From IMG/VR virus record IMGVR_UViG_3300020440_000090, positions 1 to 24,151 of that record: 24,151 nt of DNA. One strand, written 5' to 3'. The stretch comes from a virus (lineage: Duplodnaviria; Caudoviricetes). Position numbers and translations under genes: made by a program. Under the pieces are notes generated by a model. The model was not told the origin of the DNA, did no database searches, and worked only from the letters and a program-made list of their open reading frames with translations. This document shows positions 1 to 5,975 of this stretch, piece by piece (position 1 is the first letter of the stretch; every line of letters starts with the position of its first letter).

Positions 1-254
1 ACTATTGTATTTCTATACGGAGTCACATGATAAACTTTCCAGCGGTTTTCAATCTTCCAGTTATTGTAGGACATATCACTCCATGGTATTGGAATAATTT
101 TATCAAATACATCATAAGGAACTTCGTCGTTAGTAACTAAACTTATGTTTGTACTAGGCGAATAAGCAAGTATACTTAATGCTAATGCATATGCCTGTTT
201 TACATAATTTGTATCAGCATTATTTTGTGCTACTAAACAAACACCGTTACTCAT
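1..254 (-). CDS. Putative GT-A fold glycosyltransferase, paralog of 247..1095 (N-terminal 84 aa; runs off the left edge)
   Basis: Not in the ORF track; translated by hand from ATG at 254..252 with no stop before the edge: MSNGVCLVAQNNADTNYVKQAYALALSILAYSPSTNISLVTNDEVPYDVFDKIIPIPWSDMSYNNWKIENRWKVYHVTPYRNTI. It aligns with the upstream gene (MTKGVVLFAFNNSDIDYIKQAIYCA...VQLITD). TPYRNTIV matches IFDKTLVIDTD just before the expected DxD. Overlaps the upstream gene by 8 nt (ATGAGTAA). Confidence 0.8.
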   Translation of the reverse strand, partial: MSNGVCLVAQNNADTNYVKQAYALALSILAYSPSTNISLVTNDEVPYDVFDKIIPIPWSDMSYNNWKIENRWKVYHVTPYRNTI

Positions 255-1095
255 TTGTAAACTCCTTGTCTATAAAAGAGTTCAAACTAAATTTATTCAT
301 TACATGCGTTGTAGCATCTTTTATTTTTACAGCAGTATAATCATTGTCTTTATGCGTTAATAGTTTAATTGTATTATCGTTTACATCTAATAGAATATCT
401 CTATCAGAAGAAACCCACATATCACTAGGAATAGCACTTGGCCAGCTGCAATCTTCTACAAATCCTCGCATTGTATGAATTGCTATACTGAAGGCATAAT
501 CATTCCTGAACTGTCTTTGTGTAATCCTATAAATTAATCTATAATAATTATAATTTTCTTTGATATGTTGAACAAAATTAAATATTGTTTCAGATGTTTT
601 ACTTTTTGTAAAATATAATATAGTTGCCCAATACATAGGTATTGTAGTATCGCTTATTCTATCTAAATCAGGATGTAATTTATTTTGATTGACTAGATTA
701 TAATCCTTTGCAATCATAAAATCATCAGGAAAATCAAAACACTTTAAAAGTTTATCGTTACTAATTAATAAATCTGTATCGATAACAAGTGTTTTATCAA
801 AAATGGAAAGATCAAAAGCACTGTCACGTGCGCCATTTTTCCATTCTAATTTATAATTAGTATGTATACCGTCATAAAATTTTTTTGTTGTGCTTTTTGG
901 AGAAGGTGAAAATGTAACTTGGTCGATATATTTGTTATAGAAAGGATAAGTATCCTCCATATAGCCAGCAGAGTCTGTTATAAGCTGTACTGGCAGTCCT
1001 AGATATTTTTTTACACGTTTTGCACAATATATAGCTTGTTTTATATAATCTATATCTGAATTATTAAAAGCAAATAATACTACTCCTTTTGTCAT
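247..1095 (-). CDS. Putative nucleotide-diphospho-sugar (GT-A, GT8-like) glycosyltransferase, 282 aa
   Basis: N-terminal beta-alpha-beta pattern (GVVLFAF..YIKQA..VQLITD), DxD motif after a hydrophobic strand (FDKTLVIDTDLLI), RNDYAFSIA helix and C-terminal His motif (THVMNK), as in GT8-like enzymes. ATGA overlap with the upstream gene at 1092..1095. Confidence 0.72.
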   Translation of the reverse strand: MTKGVVLFAFNNSDIDYIKQAIYCAKRVKKYLGLPVQLITDSAGYMEDTYPFYNKYIDQVTFSPSPKSTTKKFYDGIHTNYKLEWKNGARDSAFDLSIFDKTLVIDTDLLISNDKLLKCFDFPDDFMIAKDYNLVNQNKLHPDLDRISDTTIPMYWATILYFTKSKTSETIFNFVQHIKENYNYYRLIYRITQRQFRNDYAFSIAIHTMRGFVEDCSWPSAIPSDMWVSSDRDILLDVNDNTIKLLTHKDNDYTAVKIKDATTHVMNKFSLNSFIDKEFTNE

Positions 1096-1439
1096 ATATT
1101 AATTAAACCTTCAACAGATCGATTCTTTTTTATATCATCATAGTCTTTAGCATATTTTCTACTTGCAAAGAGATACACACCTACAATATCTTCCATAAAT
1201 TCTTTAGGATTGTCGATTGTTACCGGAGTTTCATTATCATCTAAGATAACTATCTGTTCTTGATCAGTTTCTATAAGCACAGACAATAAATTTATTAACT
1301 GTGTGGATGCAGTAAACTTATGTCCGTAAGCATAATGAATGAGATTATCTTTATATTGTTTGAGGAAAATACGCTTTTGATTATTTTGTGTTTCTAAAAA
1401 ATTAGAAAATTCTAGAGCTTTTTCTAGTCGTTCGTCCAT
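1092..1439 (-). CDS. Phage hypothetical protein, 115 aa (possible DUF4376/tail-fibre-assembly-like)
   Basis: ATG start with strong SD AAGGAG at 1445..1450 and its own sigma70 promoter; stop overlaps the next start. The G-x-x-F ... LDDNETPVTI ... C-terminal helix pattern loosely recalls DUF4376, so the function is tentative. Confidence 0.75.
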   Translation of the reverse strand: MDERLEKALEFSNFLETQNNQKRIFLKQYKDNLIHYAYGHKFTASTQLINLLSVLIETDQEQIVILDDNETPVTIDNPKEFMEDIVGVYLFASRKYAKDYDDIKKNRSVEGLINI

Positions 1440-1464
1440 AGGATCTCCTTATGTATACTGCTAT

Positions 1465-1493
1465 AGTATATACTAAAACGGCTAGTTTGTCAA
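1465..1493 (-). promoter_or_regulatory. Sigma70-type promoter TTGACA-N17-TATACT
   Basis: Minus strand reads TTGACA (1493..1488), a 17-nt spacer (1487..1471), then TATACT (1470..1465). It is followed by SD AAGGAG (1450..1445) and ATG at 1439, and lies in the largest intergenic gap of the window. Confidence 0.85.
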
Positions 1494-1504
1494 GTGTTAT
1501 TTGA

Positions 1505-2446
1505 TTATAAGTTGCTTGTATTTGTATATGTAGGAGTTGTAACTGACACGTTAGATCCTGTTGCTCTAAGCTGTTGTATAGTGCTTGTAAGTGTTCCAGT
1601 AACGTTTTCATCTACAGGTCCTGTAGAACCTGCTCCGCCCTGGTCGTCTCCTAGGTCATTGTCTTGGAACTGAATTTCAAATCTTAAAATATTTGTAGCA
1701 TCTTGTCTAGCTCTAATCCTGTAAAGATTCTCTGCATATAGTCCAGAACCAGTCTTTTCAAAAATTGTTTGATAAGTTCCGGTTAAATCTCCGTTTCCAA
1801 TTGTCTGTGCAGTGCCTGAGCCAGTTGCGGTTGTAGTGGTATAATTCATTTTGATTGTTCCCATAGTAGTCAACATGTTTGTCCAATCTGTATCCTTAGA
1901 ACCACCGCCGCCAGTTCTAGTTGCACTAAATCTTACTTCTCCGCCGGAGTTAAAAAAATGTCTACGTGCATCTGCATTAGCAAAGGTTACTGTGAAGACA
2001 TGATCTACTGTGCCTCCACCACCGCCGCCCCACGGAGCTGTTCTTTGGCTACTTGTTGCAGCTTCTACAGAACTATTTCCTGCATCAATCAATAATTTAT
2101 TTGTTTCAATTACACCAACTGCTACATCATAATCGTTAAAACCTTCTGTAGTTGCATTTAAGGCACTTAATCCGGTACCACTAGCATCGGCTCCTATGAT
2201 CTGTCCTGCTGCAATATCACCTATAGACGCATTTGTGCCACTTTGATGATTATTTGCCTTGTTTATATCTGTACGTAAGTTATCAAATTGAGCAGCTGTG
2301 ATTACTGAACCAGCACTAACCTGCGAACTAGCTAAACTTTGTCCATACCCGTTGGTGCCTGAACCATTACCCATAATAGTTGCAATTCTGCTTTGCAAAC
2401 CATTATACTGTGCTGCTGTAATATTGTCGCCTACACTTACTGCCAT
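1505..2446 (-). CDS. Virion structural protein (Gly/Thr/Ser/Asn-rich), 313 aa
   Basis: Preceded by a TATAAATA late box and SD AAGGA. N-terminal repeat VSVGDNITAAQYNGL / VSAGSVITAAQFDNL; beta-rich C-terminal part (RHFFNSGGEVRF). Located in the tail module. Confidence 0.75.
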   Translation of the reverse strand: MAVSVGDNITAAQYNGLQSRIATIMGNGSGTNGYGQSLASSQVSAGSVITAAQFDNLRTDINKANNHQSGTNASIGDIAAGQIIGADASGTGLSALNATTEGFNDYDVAVGVIETNKLLIDAGNSSVEAATSSQRTAPWGGGGGGTVDHVFTVTFANADARRHFFNSGGEVRFSATRTGGGGSKDTDWTNMLTTMGTIKMNYTTTTATGSGTAQTIGNGDLTGTYQTIFEKTGSGLYAENLYRIRARQDATNILRFEIQFQDNDLGDDQGGAGSTGPVDENVTGTLTSTIQQLRATGSNVSVTTPTYTNTSNL

Positions 2447-2471
2447 AATTTCTTTCCTTTAGCTATGCACA

Positions 2472-2479
2472 TATTTATA
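2472..2479 (-). promoter_or_regulatory. T4-type late promoter TATAAATA
   Basis: Exact T4 gp55 late consensus on the minus strand in the 38-nt gap, 25 nt upstream of the ATG at 2446. Confidence 0.75.
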
Positions 2480-2484
2480 CGTGT

Positions 2485-4002
2485 TTATACTGCAACTTCA
2501 ATCATCTTGACTCCAGCATCGTCGCTGTCCTCTAGACTCTTTCCTACTACACAGTAAGGGCTAGGCATAGCACTATCTGATGTGAGTGTTGTTGCTGTTC
2601 CAGGTACTGGCCCAGTAACTAAAATGTCACCTTTTCTTACTACGCCTTCTACTTTACATGGTACACGACCTTTAAGTGCAATCGCTACTCCGTCAATTCC
2701 TTCATTCATTAAATGTGCCGGATTTGTTGATACAACACCTGCTAATCTTTGATCGCAGAATATTTTACATTCCGTAACTTCTGCTTCTCCACCAAATACC
2801 AATACTGTACCCGGCTCGTAATCTTTATCAGATGTATATTTTTCAGCTAAGTCAGCAAACTGTGCAGATGTTGCTGTTCCTCTAAAAACATTTGCAGTCA
2901 AATCACCTGCAGCATCTCTACTTGCAACGGTATTTGCTGTAGCACTTGTACTTGCGCTTCTTGAAACTCCGCCAACTTCTAATTTTTGTGAATTTGTTGC
3001 AGTTCCGCTAAAGGTAGTTGCATAAATTGTGCTAAAGCCTGCAGCTGCTGAACCAATATTTACAGTTTCAACTCCTGTCCAAGTAGTTACATTACTGTAT
3101 CCTGGCAATATTGCTTCCGCTGTTAATCTTAAAGGCATCTTCTGTGCAGCACTTGAGTTTTGAACTTGGAAGTATGTTTGTGTTCCTTGCTCGTTTGCAA
3201 TTAATCCTTTATTGTCGTCTACAATCTTAATTGCTAAGTCATTTGTGTTACCTACAGTTAAACCTAAATCTGAAAATTCAACTACTGTAGTAAATTCTGT
3301 TGCTGATCCAGGAGTAGACACAACATAATTACTTGCGTCTATACCGTTTAATTTTAATGCATTTGAAGCTGTACCCCAGAATCTATGTCCTGTTGATGTA
3401 ACACCACCTGTTGAGTTAATAGTATTTTTAAGAGTTAACCCTTGTCTAACAATATCAAATCCAGGATAGGAAGATGCATCTTCTGTGCCAATTGTAAATT
3501 CTTGGGCACTGATAATATGAATAACTTCATCGTTAATAATAGATTTAATAACTGGTCTAGAAGTTCCGCCGTTATCTCTGATGTTGGCACTTTGGAATTG
3601 TGTGACTGTATCGCCTACACCTTGTGGTCCTACTAATACAAAAGACGTGCCGTTGTATGCATATAATTGTTCATTTCCTGTATCCCACCAAAAATCACCT
3701 AAAGCAAGTCCAGCAGGGGTAGTTGCACTTACTTCAGCTCCACCAGTAGTTCTCCATTTTGTTCCATCATAAAATTTTAGTTTACTATTATTAGTATCGA
3801 ACCAAATTTGACCACTTAGTGCTTTGGGTGGTTGATTACCACCTGCAAAATTTTCAAGTAAAAATACAAAGTTCTCGTTTTGTATTTCTCCATATCCAGC
3901 ATAGTTTTTACCTACTAGTTTTAAGTCTGTAGTCTGGTCTATAGTACCATCTTCTACAACGGTTAGCTGAACATTGTTATATCTATTAATTGTATATGAC
4001 AT
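2485..4002 (-). CDS. Tail fibre/appendage paralog 3 with C-terminal Peptidase_G2-like intramolecular chaperone/autocleavage domain, 505 aa
   Basis: Shared N-terminal module (LVGKNYAGYGEIQNENFVFLLENFA..GQIWFD..LKFYDGTKW..GDFWWD..LVGP) and GTATxA fibre motifs. C-terminus ADLAEKY..YEPGTVLVFGG..GVVSTNPAHLMN..IALKGRVPCKV..KGDILV..GKSLED resembles the phi29 gp12/GA-1 neck-appendage chaperone domain. Confidence 0.8.
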   Translation of the reverse strand: MSYTINRYNNVQLTVVEDGTIDQTTDLKLVGKNYAGYGEIQNENFVFLLENFAGGNQPPKALSGQIWFDTNNSKLKFYDGTKWRTTGGAEVSATTPAGLALGDFWWDTGNEQLYAYNGTSFVLVGPQGVGDTVTQFQSANIRDNGGTSRPVIKSIINDEVIHIISAQEFTIGTEDASSYPGFDIVRQGLTLKNTINSTGGVTSTGHRFWGTASNALKLNGIDASNYVVSTPGSATEFTTVVEFSDLGLTVGNTNDLAIKIVDDNKGLIANEQGTQTYFQVQNSSAAQKMPLRLTAEAILPGYSNVTTWTGVETVNIGSAAAGFSTIYATTFSGTATNSQKLEVGGVSRSASTSATANTVASRDAAGDLTANVFRGTATSAQFADLAEKYTSDKDYEPGTVLVFGGEAEVTECKIFCDQRLAGVVSTNPAHLMNEGIDGVAIALKGRVPCKVEGVVRKGDILVTGPVPGTATTLTSDSAMPSPYCVVGKSLEDSDDAGVKMIEVAV

Positions 4003-4020
4003 GTATTACCCCTATATGTT

Positions 4021-4028
4021 TATTTATC
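4021..4028 (-). promoter_or_regulatory. Late promoter variant GATAAATA
   Basis: One mismatch to TATAAATA, intergenic, 18 nt upstream of the ATG at 4002, followed by SD AGGGG. Same motif and spacing as 8628..8635. Confidence 0.65.
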
Positions 4029-4038
4029 GCTTTTGTCA

Positions 4039-5970
4039 TTATGTTACTGTCTGTAGAGTCCTGCGTACAAATGTCCAAGTGTTTGCAGATACTGTATATT
4101 CATAAAGATATCTTATAGCTGTTAGTGTAGCAACACCGCTTGCATCATTACTTTGACTAATATCTTGAATTACTGTTTCAGAACTGCTTACATTGTCTTT
4201 ATCAACTGCAATACTGGACTTAGTAAGCACCCCAGATGTATCCGGGCTAGTTGTAATGTCAACAGTGATACCAGATACTGTTGATCCAGTATACGAAGTT
4301 GCCATTACATATGCAGTAGTTCCAGTTTCATATTGACTTGCTGATTGCATATTTTGTAACAATGTAGCAATACTATTTTTTGGTCCGTCTGCTGATCCGA
4401 TTGGAGCCGGGTCAGTCAATCCAGTTACGTCTAAACTTATAATTACATCTTTACTATATAATTGTACATCAACATAATTTTTTGTTGCGGCATCAGTGGC
4501 AGCAGAAGGTTCTGCTAATCCTGTAATATTTTGACTATCAACAGTAATGTCGCCTCCAGCTACGATATTAAGTCCAGTGCCGTTTATTCTAGTAATTGTT
4601 GCTGAGTTTAAATTTATATCATCAACAGTGAGTTCAGATAGCGTCCCTACTCTAGTAAGTCCTAACGCATTATTTACTGTACTACCAAGTGTTGTCTGAG
4701 TCAAAATATCTACACCGTCTACCATTAAAGCCGGATCTGGATTATCAACTCCAGACTGAATGTTTATATCTTGGTTACTTGTCCAGGCACTTGTACTTGC
4801 TTGCCAGGTCCAGTCTTTACTTCCATTTAAACTTCTTACTATTATGCCGCCGCCATCTATCTGTGCATCAGTTGCTTCTGTACTGTCATCTAGTATGCCT
4901 AGTTCTATATTTTTGTCTTCAACTCTTAATGTTGTTGTGTTTAAATGTGTAGTTGTTCCTTCTACTAATAAGTTACCGCCAACTGTAAGGTTGCTTGTAA
5001 ATCTTCCATCTCCAGTTACATCTAAGCTGTATGCTGGATTGGATTTCCAAATGCCTATATATTTTTCACTAGTATCTACATAAACAGCAGGTAAGAAACT
5101 ACTACCCGATCTTACTTTAATTGCAAGATCTGCATTACTTTGTTGTGTTTCCAATGTTGCTGTGGTTCCAGCAATTTTTAAAATTGCATATTCAGTTTCG
5201 CCGACTCCAACACTGAGCCCTGCACTGTTTTTAATTTTTAAACTACCTGTAGTTGCACCATTTGCATCTGTAGGTAGAAAGTTTTCTGCAGCCCTTACAA
5301 CACCTGCATCATCAAGAAGTCCTTTGGCACTAGTTGCTGTACCTCTATAATAAAATTCACTGTTTACTACATTGAATCCTTTTTCTAATAGTTGTCTATT
5401 TTGTAAATCACCTGCAACTTGAGGATATCCTGCTATAGTATATTCTGGTAACACATAAAACGTTTCTGGAGAAAATATACCAACTAGTGTGCCGCCTAAA
5501 AATAGTTTAAGTATAGTTCTTTGTACATCAGTTGCATCTAATTGGCTTGCAACTTCAAATCCTGTTTTGCCTTGTACTGCACTATATTCAGGACCAACTA
5601 ATGTTAATTCACTTCCATCCCAAATATATAATTTATTTTCTTCGTTATTAATCCAGATATCGCCTACATTTAAATTAGTAGGTCTTGTGCTGCTTACAAC
5701 ACTACCAGTTGCTGGCCTAAAAACTGTACCATCATATATTTTTAACCTTGCATCTTGTTTATCATACCATAACTGTCCTACCATAGGATTTGTAGGTTGA
5801 GATGTTGATGCAAAATTTTCTAAAAGAGCAATGAAATTTTCATTAAGGAATTCTCCAAAGCCTTTGTAATTTTTTCCAATTAAAGTTAAGTCAGTAGTAG
5901 TTAAATCAAGTATTCCGTCTGTTAGATCTACTAGTAATTCACCATCCGTTCTGTTTAGTCTATAACTCAC
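4039..5970 (-). CDS. Tail fibre paralog 2, 643 aa (GTG start)
   Basis: Shared N-terminal module (LIGKNYKGFGEFLNENFIALLENFA..GQLWYD). Fibre motifs LDVTGDGRFTSNLTVGGNLLVEGTTT, LRVEDKNIELG..DGGGIIV and the trimer-neck-like ITGLAEP..DAATKNYVD. GTG at 5970..5968 preceded by GGAGGGTAAGGG. Confidence 0.8.
   Translation of the reverse strand: MSYRLNRTDGELLVDLTDGILDLTTTDLTLIGKNYKGFGEFLNENFIALLENFASTSQPTNPMVGQLWYDKQDARLKIYDGTVFRPATGSVVSSTRPTNLNVGDIWINNEENKLYIWDGSELTLVGPEYSAVQGKTGFEVASQLDATDVQRTILKLFLGGTLVGIFSPETFYVLPEYTIAGYPQVAGDLQNRQLLEKGFNVVNSEFYYRGTATSAKGLLDDAGVVRAAENFLPTDANGATTGSLKIKNSAGLSVGVGETEYAILKIAGTTATLETQQSNADLAIKVRSGSSFLPAVYVDTSEKYIGIWKSNPAYSLDVTGDGRFTSNLTVGGNLLVEGTTTHLNTTTLRVEDKNIELGILDDSTEATDAQIDGGGIIVRSLNGSKDWTWQASTSAWTSNQDINIQSGVDNPDPALMVDGVDILTQTTLGSTVNNALGLTRVGTLSELTVDDINLNSATITRINGTGLNIVAGGDITVDSQNITGLAEPSAATDAATKNYVDVQLYSKDVIISLDVTGLTDPAPIGSADGPKNSIATLLQNMQSASQYETGTTAYVMATSYTGSTVSGITVDITTSPDTSGVLTKSSIAVDKDNVSSSETVIQDISQSNDASGVATLTAIRYLYEYTVSANTWTFVRRTLQTVT
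5762..5779. repeat. 18-bp direct repeat copy 1 (tcataccataactgtcct), identical to 7780..7797
   Basis: Exact match read at both positions; encodes the GQLWYD motif in two fibre paralogs. Confidence 0.7.
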
Positions 5971-5975
5971 TACCC

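Noticed and set aside
1402-1611. 69-aa minus-strand ORF
   Set aside because: Overlaps two better-supported genes out of frame and runs through the sigma70 promoter; no recognisable motif.
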